64,000 bases of DNA, taken from assembly GCA_965235115.1 (NCBI GenBank), contig OZ249442.1, positions 25,172,001-25,236,000 of the forward strand, in the 5' to 3' direction. The position numbers were made by a program, and so were the translations under genes. This DNA is from Laetmonice hystrix (Eukaryota). Shown here piece by piece: positions 13,120 to 27,000 of the stretch (positions are counted from its first letter, which is position 1; the number at the start of each line of letters is the position of its first letter). Below the pieces are notes generated by a model. It made no database searches, was not told the DNA's origin, and saw only the letters and a list, made by a program, of their open reading frames with translations.

Positions 13120-13178
13120 TGTACGAAGATGGATTTGATGAGGTGCCGGTGTTTGACAGTGACCAACGTGTTATTATA
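13120..13178 (+). CDS. Candidate exon 3 (VYEDGFDEVPVFDSDQRVII)
   Basis: gtcctgccgtctgtcAG acceptor, ATA|GTGAGG donor; phase 1 to 0 matches the phase-0 start of exon 17872. Confidence 0.5.
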
Positions 13179-13284
13179 GTGAGGTAATGACACAGGCGTG
13201 CCCTCCGCTCTGATCGATGATTGTGTATCAGGGTGGGGACATTGACCCTGCACCAGTCACACTTATCCATCATCCCTCGCCCCA

Positions 13285-14970
13285 CGCCTCACCCGCACAA
13301 TGTCACACCGGCTCCTGACAACCGCTTCACCCGCACAATGTCACACCGGCTCCTGACAACCGCTTCACCCGCACAATGTCACACCGACTCCTGACAACCG
13401 CTTCACCCGCACAATGTCACACTGACTCCTGACAAACGCTTCACCCGCACAATGTCACACCGGCTCCTGACAACCGCTTTACCCGCACAATGTCACACCG
13501 ACTCCTGACAACCGCTTCACCCGCACAATGTCACACCGGCTCCTGACAACCGCTTCACCCGCACAATGTCACACCGGCTCCTGACAACCGCTTCACCCGC
13601 ACAATGTCACACCGGCTCCTGACAACCGCTTCACCCGCACAATGTCACACCGGCTCCTGACAACCGCTTCACCCGCACAATGTCACACCGGCTCCTGACA
13701 ACCGCTTCACCCGCACAATGTCACACCGACTCCTGACAAACGCTTCACCCGCACAATGTCACACCGACTCCTGACAACCGCCTCACAATGTCACACCGAT
13801 TCCTGACAACCGCTTCACCCGCACAATGTCACACCGACTCCTGACAACCGCCTCACAATGTCACACCGGCTCCTGACAACCGCTTCACCCGCACAATGTC
13901 ACACCGATTCCTGACAACCGCTTCACCCGCACAATGTCACACCGACTCCTGACAACCGCTTCACCCGCACAATGTCACACCGGCTCCTGACAACCGCCTC
14001 ACAATGTCACACCGACTCCTGACAACCGCCTCACCCGCACAACGTCACACCGGCTCCTGACAACCGCCTCACCCGCACAATGTGACACCGACTCCTGACA
14101 ACCGCCTCACCCACACAATGTCACACCGGCTCCTGACAACCGCCTCACCCGCACAATGTCACACCGGCTCCTGACAACCGCCTCACCCACACAATGTCAC
14201 AGCGGCTCCTGACAACCGCTTCACCCGCACAATGTCACACCGGCTCCTCACAACCGCTTCACCCGCACAATGTCACACCGGCTCCTCACAACCGCTTCAC
14301 CCGCACAATGTCACACCGACTCCTGACAACCGCCTCACAATGTCACACCGACTCCTGACAACCGCTTCACCCGCACAATGTCACACCGACTCCTGACAAC
14401 CGCTTCACCCGCACAATGTCACACCGACTCCTGACAACCGCTTCACCCGCACAATGTCACACCGACTCCTGACAACCGCTTCACCCGCACAATGTCACAC
14501 CGACTCCTGACAACCGCTTCACCCGCACAATGTCACACCGACTCCTGACAACCGCTTCACCCGCACAATGTCACACCGGCTCCTGACAACCGCTTCACCC
14601 GCACAATGTCACACCGGCTCCTGACAACCGCTTCACCCGCACAATGTCACACCGGCTCCTGACAACCGCTTCACCCGCACAATGTCACACCGGCTCCTGA
14701 CAACCGCTTCACCCGCACAATGTCACACCGGCTCCTGACAACCGCTTCACCCGCACAATGTCACACCGGCTCCTGACAACCGCTTCACCCGCACAATGTC
14801 ACACCGGCTCCTGACAACCGCTTCACCCGCACAATGTCACACCGGCTCCTGACAACCGCTTCACCCGCACAATGTCACACCGGCTCCTGACAACCGTCAC
14901 CCGCACAATGTCACACCGACTCTTGACAAACGCTTCACCCGCACAATGTCACATCGGCTCCTGACAAACG
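13285..14970. repeat. 38-bp minisatellite, about 44 copies
   Basis: caaccgcttcacccgcacaatgtcacaccggctcctga. Confidence 0.95.
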
Positions 14971-15051
14971 CTTTCAATGCACGGTTCTCTCCCCGCCCGC
15001 TGTGAAACCATTGCAATCAGTTTAGTCGAAGATTTGCCGGTAAAGACATGC

Positions 15052-17825
15052 GACCCCCTCGTCAATGATAGAGTTTGGCGTGACAGATGGTTCACCTGTG
15101 ATATGTGACCCCCTCGTCAATGATAGAGTTTGGCGTGACAGATGGTTCACCTGTGATATGTGACCCCCTGGTCAATGATAGAGTTTGGCGTGACAGATGG
15201 TTCACCTGTGATATGTGACCCTCGTCAATGGTAGAGTTTGGCGTGACAGATGGTTCACCTGTGATATGTGACCCCCTCGTCAATGATAGAGTTTGGCGTG
15301 ACAGATGGTTCACCTGTGATATGTGACCCCCTGGTCAATGATAGAGTTTGGCGTGACAGATGGTTCACCTGTGATATGTGACCCTCGTCAATGATAGAGT
15401 TTGGCGTGACGGATGGTTCACCTGTGATATGTGACCCCCTCGTCAATGATAGAGTTTGGCGTGACAGATGGTTCACCTGTGATATGTGACCCCCTCGTCA
15501 ATGATAGAGTTTGGCGTGACAGATGGTTCACCTGTAATATGTGACCCTCGTCAATGATAGAGTTTGGCGTGACAGATGGTTCACCTGTGATATGTGACCC
15601 CCTCGTCAATGATAGAGTTTGGCGTGACAGATGGTTCACCTGTGATATGTGACCCCCTCGTCAATGATAGAGTTTGGCGTGACAGATGGTTCACCTGTAA
15701 TATGTGACCCTCGTCAATGATAGAGTTTGGCGTGACAGATGGTTCACCTGTGATATGTGACCCCCTGGTCAATGATAGAGTTTGGCGTGACAGATGGTTC
15801 ACCTGTGATATGTGACCCTCGTCAATGATAGAGTTTGGCGTGACAGATGGTTCACCTGTGATATGTGACCCCCTCGTCAATGATAGAGTTTGGCGTGACA
15901 GATGGTTCACCTGTGATATGTGACCCCCTGGTCAATGATAGAGTTTGGCGTGACAGATGGTTCACCTGTGATATGTGACCCTCGTCAATGGTAGAGTTTG
16001 GCGTGACAGATGGTTCACCTGTGATATGTGACCCCCTCGTCAATGATAGAGTTTGGCGTGACAGATGGTTCACCTGTGATATGTGACCCCCTGGTCAATG
16101 ATAGAGTTTGGCGTGACAGATGGTTCACCTGTGATATGTGACCCTCGTCAATGATAGAGTTTGGCGTGACGGATGGTTCACCTGTGATATGTGACCCCCT
16201 CGTCAATGATAGAGTTTGGCGTGACAGATGGTTCACCTGTGATATGTGACCCCCTCGTCAATGATAGAGTTTGGCGTGACAGATGGTTCACCTGTAATAT
16301 GTGACCCTCGTCAATGATAGAGTTTGGCGTGACAGATGGTTCACCTGTGATATGTGACCCCCTCGTCAATGATAGAGTTTGGCGTGACAGATGGTTCACC
16401 TGTGATATGTGACCCCCTCGTCAATGATAGAGTTTGGCGTGACAGATGGTTCACCTGTAATATGTGACCCTCGTCAATGATAGAGTTTGGCGTGACAGAT
16501 GGTTCACCTGTGATATGTGACCCCCTGGTCAATGATAGAGTTTGGCGTGACAGATGGTTCACCTGTGATATGTGACCCTCGTCAATGATAGAGTTTGGCG
16601 TGACAGATGGTTCACCTGTGATATGTGACCCTCGTGAATGATAGAGTTTGGCGTGACAGATGGTTCACCTGTAATATGTGACCCTCGTCAATGATAGAGT
16701 TTGGCGTGACAGATGGTTCACCTGTGATATGTGACCCCCTGGTCAATGATAGAGTTTGGCGTGACAGATGGTTCACCTGTGATATGTGACCCTCGTCAAT
16801 GGTAGAGTTTGGCGTGACAGATGGTTCACCTGTGATATGTGACCCCCTCGTCAATGATAGAGTTTGGCGTGACAGATGGTTCACCTGTGATATGTGACCC
16901 CCTGGTCAATGATAGAGTTTGGCGTGACAGATGGTTCACCTGTGATATGTGACCCTCGTCAATGATAGAGTTTGGCGTGACGGATGGTTCACCTGTGATA
17001 TGTGACCCCCTCGTCAATGATAGAGTTTGGCGTGACAGATGGTTCACCTGTGATATGTGACCCCCTCGTCAATGATAGAGTTTGGCGTGACAGATGGTTC
17101 ACCTGTAATATGTGACCCTCGTCAATGATAGAGTTTGGCGTGACAGATGGTTCACCTGTGATATGTGACCCCCTGGTCAATGATAGAGTTTGGCGTGACA
17201 GATGGTTCACCTGTGATATGTGACCCTCGTCAATGATAGAGTTTGGCGTGACAGATGGTTCACCTGTGATATGTGACCCTCGTGAATGATAGAGTTTGGC
17301 GTGACAGATGGTTCACCTGTGATATGTGACCCCCTCGTCAATAATAGAGTTTGGCGTGACAGATGGTTCACCTGTGATATGTGACCCTCGTCAATGGTAG
17401 AGTTTGGCGTGACAGATGGTTCACCTGTGATATGTGACCCCCTGGTCAATGATAGAGTTTTGCGTGACAGATGGTTCACCTGTGATATGTGACCCCCTCG
17501 TCAATGATAGAGTTTGGCGTGACAGATGGTTGACCTGTGATATGTGACCCCCTCGTCAATGATAGAGTTTGGCGTGACAGATGGTTCACCTGTGATATGT
17601 GACCCCCTCGTCAATGATAGAGTTTGGCGTGACAGATGGTTGACCTGTGATATGTGACCCCTGGTCAATGATAGAGTTTGGCGTGACAGATGGTTCACCT
17701 GTGATATGTGACCCCCTCGTCAATGATAGAGTTTGGCGTGACAGATGGTTCACCTGTGATATGTGACCCTCGTCAATGATAGAGTTTGGCGTGACAGATG
17801 GTTCACCTGTGATATGTGACCCCCT
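15052..17825. repeat. 53/55-bp minisatellite, about 51 copies, with a 760-bp higher-order period
   Basis: gtcaatgatagagtttggcgtgacagatggttcacctgtgatatgtgaccccctc. Confidence 0.95.
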
Positions 17826-17871
17826 AGGTTGTGACGTGTAGTACTCAGTCGGGCTGTGTTTTCTCTTGCAG

Positions 17872-18004
17872 AGTTCGTGGCGAGCCGTCGGTGTGGCAGT
17901 CGACGTCCGCCAGGGCCTCATGTTCTGGACAGATATAGGTACCGACGGGCGGGGCATCTATCGGGCCCATCTCAACGGCACGGGCTCACAGCGGATTGTT
18001 GCCG
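17872..18004 (+). CDS. Exon: propeller 1, SSWRAVGVAVDVRQGLMFWTDIG..RIVA
   Basis: ttttctcttgcAG / G|GTACGT; FWTD motif. Confidence 0.92.
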
Positions 18005-21000
18005 GTACGTGCTGTCATACAGGCCTTGTAAAACTGCTCCGAGGGCGAGTATCAAAAACATTATGTCAAAAATTGTACGTGCCCTTACCGCTTTCACTGC
18101 TACTATCTGATACCATCTAAGAAATTTGCCGCAATAAATATTCAGGTTACTATATTTTGACCAAGATTATTTTCCATTCTGAGGCAAGGAGAAAGAGCTA
18201 GGTGAATCGCCCGACCCACTACAAAGTTAGGAAAAAGTCTAGTCAAGCCTTTTCAACTGGTCTAATCCTCTGTCCAAACACCAATACTGCAACCCTACTG
18301 GTCGGAACCTGCACTGAATGTGGGACCTGCACAGAATGTGCATACACTAATTGTACCATACTGGTCGGGACCTGCACTGAGTGTGCATACACTAATTGTA
18401 CCATAATGGTCGGGACCTGCACTGAATGTGCATACACTAATTGTACCATACTGGTCGGGACCTGCACTGAGTGTGCATACACTAATTATACTGGTCGGGA
18501 CCTGCACTGAATGTGCATACACTAATTGTACCTTAATGGTCGGGACCTGCACTGAATGTGCATACACTAATTGTACCATACTGGTCGGGACCTGCACTGA
18601 GTGTGCATACACTAATTGTACCATAATGGTCGGGACCTGCACTGAATGTGCATACACTAATTGTACCATACTGGTCGGGACCTGCACTGAATGTGCATAC
18701 ACTAATTATACTGGTCGGAACCTACACTGAGTGTGCATACACTAATTGTACCATACTGGTCGGGACCTGCACTGAGTGTGCATACACTAATTGTACTGGT
18801 CGGGACCTGCACTGAATGTGCATACACTAATTGTACTGGTCGGGACCTGCACTGAATGTGCATACACTAATTGTACCATAATGGTCGGGACCTGCACTGA
18901 ATGTGCATACACTAATTGTTGTTTTATCATATCTCTCTCCCCCAGTCACTGGTAACGTAGGAGAAATTAATTCCACGTTTTATCCCTGGGTCCATGTTAG
19001 ATAAGACAAGCTTTGTTTACGGCTTTGTGGTGAATCGCTTACTGTAAAATCTTATCAGACCTGGGCGGGACGGGAGGCGGGACGGGAGGCGGGGTGGGAG
19101 GCGGGACGGGAGGTGGGACGGGAGGCGGGACGGGAGGCGGGGTGGGATGTGGGACGGGAGGCGGGACGGGAGGCGGGACGGGAGGCGGGACGGGAGGCGG
19201 GGTGGGAGGCGGGGTGGGAGGCGGGGTGGGTGCACATTTATGTTTGCTTTACACCGTAACCTTAAGATAATTGCGGTCGTATCTAATATGTTTATGGATA
19301 ATGACATCATTATGATGATGGTGTATCTAATATCTGTTTATGGATAATGACATCATTATGATGATGGTGTATCTAATATCTGTTTATGGATAATGACATC
19401 ATGATGATGATGGTGTATCTAATATCTGTTTATGGATAATGACATCATTATGATGATGGTTTGTCTAATATCTTACCCAGACGTCGGAAGATCTAATGGG
19501 TTGTCTCTGGACTGGACGGTCCTGCACGTTTACTGGACGGACGAGGAACGGCAAACAATAGAAATGTGTGACTACCACGGCAGCAAGAGAAAGATCGTCA
19601 TTCACACAGGTCTGCGCTGGCCGCGGGGCATCGTTATCGACCCTGGACCGGGGTCAGTTCAACCTTCTATTGTTTCGGTCATCTTAGACTCTGGCATTGG
19701 GGATGGGGGTGTGGTGGGGAGTCTTTGAATAGTCCATATTAGGTGTGGGATGTGGGGCCGCAGTGGATCCGTAGTCCCTGCATCCTGAACACATGGTTTC
19801 TCATCTCAAGGTTTATAACATCCATTACGTCAAGTTTGTTAGTTACTTACTGTAAGTTTAACATCCTGAACACATGGTTTCTCATCTCAAGGTTTATATC
19901 ATCTCCATCCATTACGTCAAGTTTGTTAGTTACTTACTGTAAGTTTAACATCCTGAACACATGGTTTCTCATCTCAAGGTTTATATCATCTCCATCCATT
20001 ACGTCAGGTTTGTTAGTTACTTACTGTAAGTTTAACATCCTGAACACATGGTTTCTCATCTCAAGGTTTATATCATCTCCATCCATTACGTCAAGTTTGT
20101 TAGTTACTTACTGTAAGTTTATCATCCTCAACACATGGTTTCTCATCTCAAGGTTTATATCATCTCCATCCATTACGTCAAGTTTGTTAGTTACTTACTG
20201 TAAGTTTATCATCCTCAACACATGGTTTCTCATCTCAAGGTTTATATCATCTCCATCCATTACGTCAAGTTTGTTAGTTACTTACTGTAAGTTTAACATC
20301 CTGAACACATGGTTTCTCATCTCAAGGTTTATATCATCTCCATCCATTACGTCAAGTTTGTTAGTTACTTACTGTAAGTTTAACATCCTGAACACATGGT
20401 TTCTCATCTCAAGGTTTATATCATCTCCATCCATTACGTCAAGTTTGTTAGTTACTTACTGTAAGTTTATCATCCTCAACACATGGTTTCTCATCTCAAG
20501 GTTTATATCATCTCCATCCATTACGTCAAGTTTGTTAGTTACTTACTGTAAGTTTAACATCCTGAACACATGGTTTCTCATCTCAAGGTTTATATCATCT
20601 CCATCCATTACGTCAAGTTTGTTAGTTACTTACTGTAAGTTTAACATCCTGAACACATGGTTTCTCATCTCAAGGTTTATATCATCTCCATCCATTACGT
20701 CAAGTTTGTTAGTTACTTACTGTAAGTTTAACATCCTCAACACATGGTTTCTCATCTCAAGGTTTATATCATCTCCATCCATTACGTCAAGTTTGTTAGT
20801 TACTTACTGTAAGTTTAACATCCTGAACACATGGTTTCTCATCTCAAGGTTTATATCATCTCCATCCATTACGTCAAGTTTGTTAGTTACTTACTGTAAG
20901 TTTAACATCCTGAACACATGGTTTCTCATCTCAAGGTTTATATCATCTCCATCCATTACGTCAAGTTTGTTAGTTACTTACTGTAAGTTTAACATCCTGA

Positions 21001-24000
21001 ACACATGGTTTCTCATCTCAAGGTTTATATCATCTCCATCCATTACGTCAAGTTTGTTAGTTACTTACTGTAAGTCTAACATCCTCAACACATGGTTTCT
21101 CATCTCAAGGTTTATATCATCTCCATCCATTACGTCAAGTTTGTTAGTTACTTACTGTAAGTTTAACATCCTGAACACATGGTTTCTCATCTCAAGGTTT
21201 ATATCATCTCCATCCATTACGTCAAGTTTGTTAGATACTTACTGTAAGTTTAACTGACCAGGTTTAACTGTCCCTCGCTGCTGCCGAGACGTATCACCCC
21301 AATCACATCCAATCCCCTAATGGGAAGAGTCTGAACGGGTGGGTTCAAACACCAAGTGAAGGATGAGACTAAGACAATTGGTTGAGAGCTAAAGTAATGA
21401 GACAAAAGCGTAGGTCGGGACGGCAGGAAAGTGAATTGGCTTAAAGAGGTTTGGCGGAGGAGGAGCGGAGGTTCGGTACATCGTCTGATAGGTTGAGGAA
21501 TTTGTTAGCTTCAAGAATAAAGTAGTCTAGAAGTCTTCGGCCCAAGTTGGAAACATGGAGTACCTAGAAGAGATTTTGTATGACTATTCGGCTTTTCTGA
21601 CTATTAAATTGGCATGTAGAGAGATAGGCGGCTGTGATACTGCATGAGACTTCTACAATCACAATAATTATTGTTTCCGTAATCGCTGTGGATTTATAAG
21701 ATGTGATTTGGACACTTTTGCCTGACATATCATAATTGCCATACAGTTGGGTTATTCTTTCATTTTTATCCATTGCCAAATGGCTCGAAGATATATTATT
21801 GATGTAGGCCTACATAGCCTGCAGTTACTGGTTGGATGTGTTACAGGGTTTTGTACTGGGGCGACCAGGGAACACGGCAGATAGAACGTTCCTATCTGGA
21901 TGGTTCCGACCGGCACGTGGTCGTCGGTACGGACTTGGTGTGGCCGAATCAACTAGGCATCAGCCACACGACCAGGTACGTACAGGGGTGTGGCAGGGTG
22001 GCTTGGGGATTGGGGGTGGCGTTATCAGCAATGAAAGCACTCCGGGGAGTTATTGAAAGGGGCAACTCATGATCCCTGGGTAGTACTTCTAGCAGATTTG
22101 TTGGTGGGTTGGTGAGTCATGGTGGGTGGAGGCGGAGGGCTAGCTGTAACCTCCCAGTATGCCGCAGCCTGCAGCCCAGGAGGCTGGGATAGGGACTGTG
22201 GGATACTGGGATAGGGACTGTGGGATACTGGGATACTGGGATACTAGAGGTAGACACTAACGCTCCGAGATGAGATGATAAATGTCTGTTAACCTAATTA
22301 AATAGGAATCTCTCTCAGGTACCAGTCAGGATTATCTCTTCTCGTAGTGATTATCTCAAGGCTGTATTCGTATACTTTATGACGATGTCTGTTAACCTAA
22401 TTCAATCTCTCTCAGGTACCATTAATGATTATCTCTTCTCGTAGTGATTATCTCATGGCTGTATTCGTATACTTTATGACGATGTCTGTTAACCTAATTC
22501 AATAGGAATCTCTCTCAGGTACCAGTCAGGATTATCTCTTCTCGTAGTGATTATCTCATGGCTGTATTCGTATATACTTTATGACGATGTCGTCCTCTCC
22601 GTACTGAAGGTAAGAGAATTCTCGAGCAATGTGTGAACATCGACCAGCACAGAGGTCGTGTAGACATCTCATGCCAAGGTCGACTGTACCGTCAAACGTT
22701 CTACACGTGCCCCTCCCCATCCATCCCCAAACTCCCGTGTTTCGCTACATTTCCAATACCCCCTCTCCACCCGAATTGTTTCAGGAGGCTGTATTGGGTT
22801 GACGCCTGTTTCAGGAGGCTGTATTGGGTTGACACCTGTTCCAGGAGGCTGTATTGGGTTGACACCTGTTTCCGGAAGCTGTATTGGGTTGACACCTGTT
22901 TCAGGAGGCTATATTGGGTTGACACATGTTCCAGGAGGCTGTATTGGGTTGACACCTGTTTCAGGAGGCTGTATTGGGTTGACACCTGTTCCAGGAGGCT
23001 GTATTGGGTTGACGCCTGTTTCAGAAGGCTGTACTGGGTTGACACATGTTTCAAGAGGCTGTATTGGGTTGACACCTGTTTCAGGAGGCTGTATTCGGTT
23101 GACACCTGTTTCAGGAGGCTGTATTGGGTTGACACATGTTTCAAGAGGCTGTATTGGGTTGACACCTGTTTCAGGAGGCTGTATTCGGTTGACACCTGTT
23201 TCAGGAGGCTGTATTGGGTTGACACCTGTTTCAGGAGGCTGTATTGGGTTGACGCCTGTTTTAGGAGGCTGTACTGGGTTGACACCTGTTTCAGGAGGCT
23301 GTATTGGGTTGACACCTGTTTCAGGAGGCTGTATTGGGTTGACGCCTACACGGTGACGATCGAATCGTGTGATCTTGACGGCGGATCCCGTCGGAGGGAC
23401 CGGCGACTGGTAGAGACGGCCTACTCGGCGCCAATCTACGGCCTGGCTGTGGTCGGTAACACGGCCTACATCAGTACCTGGTATGACGGCGCCGTGTACT
23501 CGGTGGTCCTCGACCTGCTGCTGCCAGCCGCTGACAGTAGTCCTCTCACAGTACTGGCTGACCACCTCACTCAGGGAGAAATCTTCAGTGTGGCTGTCGC
23601 TAATATCAACACCCAGCCTCAGAGTGAGTATCCGCTGCTTCAGGTTTATGGCGTAGATTTTGGTTTCGGTTATACGGGTAAATGTAACTCGTGATGAAGG
23701 AATCCTTTATCACTGGTGGCAGTTGTTTCCTCTGTTACAGTCAGAATATCTCCTTTTTTATCTGTGATGTCTGTGTCCTCAGTTACAGCTGACAGTAAGC
23801 GTCCTTTGTTACGTCCTCAGTTACAGCTTACAGTAAGCGTCCTTTGTTACGTGTAACAGTTGTGTCCTCAGTTACAGCTGACAGTAAGCGTCCTTTGTTA
23901 CGTCCTCAGTTACAGCTGACAGTAAGCGTCCTTTGTTACGTCCTCAGTTACAGCTGACAGTAAGCGTCCTTTGTTACGTGTAACAGTTGTGTCCTCAGTT

Positions 24001-27000
24001 ACAGCTGACAGTAAGCGTCCTTTGTTACGTGTAACAGTAGCGTCCTCAGTTACAGCTTACAGTAAGCGTCCTTTGTTACGTGTAACAGTAGCGTCCTCTG
24101 TTACAGCTGACAGTAAGCGTCCTCTGTTACAGCTGACAGTAAGTGTCCTCTGTTACAGCTGAGAGTAAGTGTCGTCTGTTACAGCTGAAAGTAAGCGTCC
24201 TCTGTTACAGCTGACAGTAAGTGTCCTCTGTTACAGCTGACAGTAAGTGTCCTCTGTTACAGCTGAAAGTAAGCGTCCTCTGTTACAGCTGACAGTAAGT
24301 GTCCTCTGTTACATCTGACAGTAAGTGTCCTCTGTTACAGCTGACAGTAAGTGTCCTCTGTTACAGCTGACAGTAAGTGCAGTCCGGAAGCGTCCTCTGG
24401 CTGTTCCCACATTTGTCTCGTGACTGCTGGCGCCACCTACAAGTGTGCTTGTCCCACGTATGGGTCTCTTGTCCTGGGTCCAGATGGCAAGACGTGTCAA
24501 GGTGAGATTTCACTTTACAAAGGTAGCACAGAAAGAAATATTCCAGCAAAATTTCCCATTCCTACAGTTTTTTGGTTCTGTTTTGAGTTTTGAATTGGAT
24601 ATTATAGTAAAAGTTTTTACATGGAAAAATTGTTTTTACTTCATCAAAATTAGTGAATGAAAAGGTCTTAATAACCATGGCGGGGCCATGTCCTCGCCTT
24701 GGAATCTTCAGTCATCCATGAATGCAGCACACTGCACTACGTTCATTAAAGTCCGTCACCGTGACCTAGCGTGACCTAGCGTGACCTAGCGTGACCTTCC
24801 GTGACCTACCGTGAGGGATTATTGTGGCGATTTAGACATTTATAGAGCAACGGATTGCCGAACATAGTGTTTGTGCACTGACCGTACTTCTGGCTAATTA
24901 ACTATCCTATTTAATCTATTTAATGTTAACACAACCGTAACTTCTAAACGGCCTGAGGAAAATGTAGACAGTTTTTAAAAAAATATTGTAGGCAACGACA
25001 AAATGTTGCCAAAATTAATTTGAATTTTGCGCGTTACGAGGCTCTGTTACGGTGATAGTACACAGGCCTGCGTCACACACCTCCATCAATGTAAACTTCA
25101 CGAGGCTCTGTTACGGTGACAGTACACAGGCCTGCGTCACACACCTCCATCAATCTGATTATTTATTTGTTTTTTTTAACAATTTCATTTGTTCGAAAGG
25201 CATATATATTTGGATGGCTGTGTTAACTCGATTGGTGGTAAGTCCACGCTGGTGGTGTGGTCAATAGACAGTTCCATTATGTGATGACCTCACTGCCCTG
25301 TCGCCTGGAGCAGAGAACTAGACGGAGAACTCTGTAGTCTACGGCTCGGGGAGAGTGCTGATAACCAACGTCTAACTACTTCAATCAACTCAATCTCCTT
25401 CATCGTGTAATCTAGTCTTCAAACCGTCTCCGACCTGCTGTATCAAACGTCTCCCCGCCGTCTTATATAAATCATTGACCTCATGTTGTTGTGACGTGGT
25501 GTGGGACCTGCTGTATCAAACCTCGCCGTCTTATATAAATCATTGACCTCATGTTGTTGTGGCGTGGTGTGGGACCTGCTGTATGAAACGTCTCCTCGCC
25601 GTCTTATATAAATCATTGACCTCATGTTGTTGTGGCGTGGTGTGGGACCTGCTGTATCAAACGTCTCCTCGCCGTCTTATATAAATCATTGACCTCATGT
25701 TGTTGTGGCGTGGTGTGGGACCTGCTGTATCAAACGTCTCCTCGCCGTCTTATATAAATCATTGACCTCATGTTGTTGTCACGTGGTGTGGGACCAGCTG
25801 TATCAAACCTCGCCGTCTTATATCATTGACCTCATGTTGTTGTGGCGTGGTGTGGGACCTGCTGTATCAAACGTCTCCTCGCCGTCTTATATAAATCATT
25901 GACCTCATGTTGTTGTGGCGTGGTGTGGGACCTGCTGTATCAAACGTCTCCTCGCCGTCCTATACATGTATAAATCATTGACCTCATGTTGTTGAGAATG
26001 AAGAGACGATATAAACGCTTGTTCCCAACGTGGCAAGCGGTGGACCTGCCCTGAATCACCAGGGAGGGCGGGGGCCTTCGTGTGCTCAGAAAGGATGAAC
26101 ATTCCGAATCGCTTGGCAATAAAAAAAATGTACAAATCGGTTTAAAATTGGAGCAGTGTCGGGTAACACGGGACCGACTTTGCTTCCTTCCGTGGCCGGC
26201 AGTTCCATTAACGACTCCTCCGATACAGACTTGCCGCCCGACCGCCTGCCCTCAAGCAAACACTTTTTTGGCTCTTCTCTCTGAGAATTATTTGTAGCCA
26301 ATACGAAGCTGCCCCAATTTCTTGTGTGTGTCTCATATAGGATGCGTAATGACAAAAGCCAAGGAAAGGTTCTATTTTCGTTGGCATCTTCAAAGCGTCA
26401 GGCAATAGAAACGGTTTCCCACCTTTAAGTGGGTCAAAGGAGGCATCAATAGGAGTCTGGTCGTCCGATCAATGTACGTCCTGGTCGTAACATTCACACC
26501 GACACAATCACAGGTTGGGTGGCCGTCGGTACGGTGTGTTGTGACATACTGGGGATGACAACATGTAGCCAGGCCAGGCTCTCTCATAGGTTTTTGTTAA
26601 AGTGAACATGTGTACGAGCACAGCTATTGTTGACATCGGACATGATGCTGCCTCTCCGACATGTCAATAATCATTCACGAGCGTATTGAGGAGGTTTGGG
26701 GAGGCGAGCGTATTGAGGAGGTTTGGGGAGGCGAGCGTATTGAGGAGGTTTGGGGAGGCGAGCGTATTGAGGAGGTTTGGGAAGGCGACAGTATTGAGGA
26801 GGTTTGGGGAGGCGAGCGTATTGAGGAGGTTTGGGGAGGCGTATTGAGGAGGTTTGGGGAGGCGTATTGAGGAGGTTTGGGGAGGCGAGCGTATTGAGGA
26901 GGTTTGAGGAGGCGAGCGTATTGAGGAGGTTGGGGAGGCGACCGTATTGAGGAGGTTTGGGGAGGCGTATTGAGGAGGTTTGGGGAGGCGTATTGAGGAG

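Noticed and set aside
19743-21257. 504-aa hydrophobic repeat ORF
   Set aside because: Artefact of an 87-bp (3n) array lying between two well-supported exons.
21290-21790. Possible decayed LINE fragment on the minus strand
   Set aside because: No recognisable RT or endonuclease motif by eye; it would need a tBLASTn/Dfam search.
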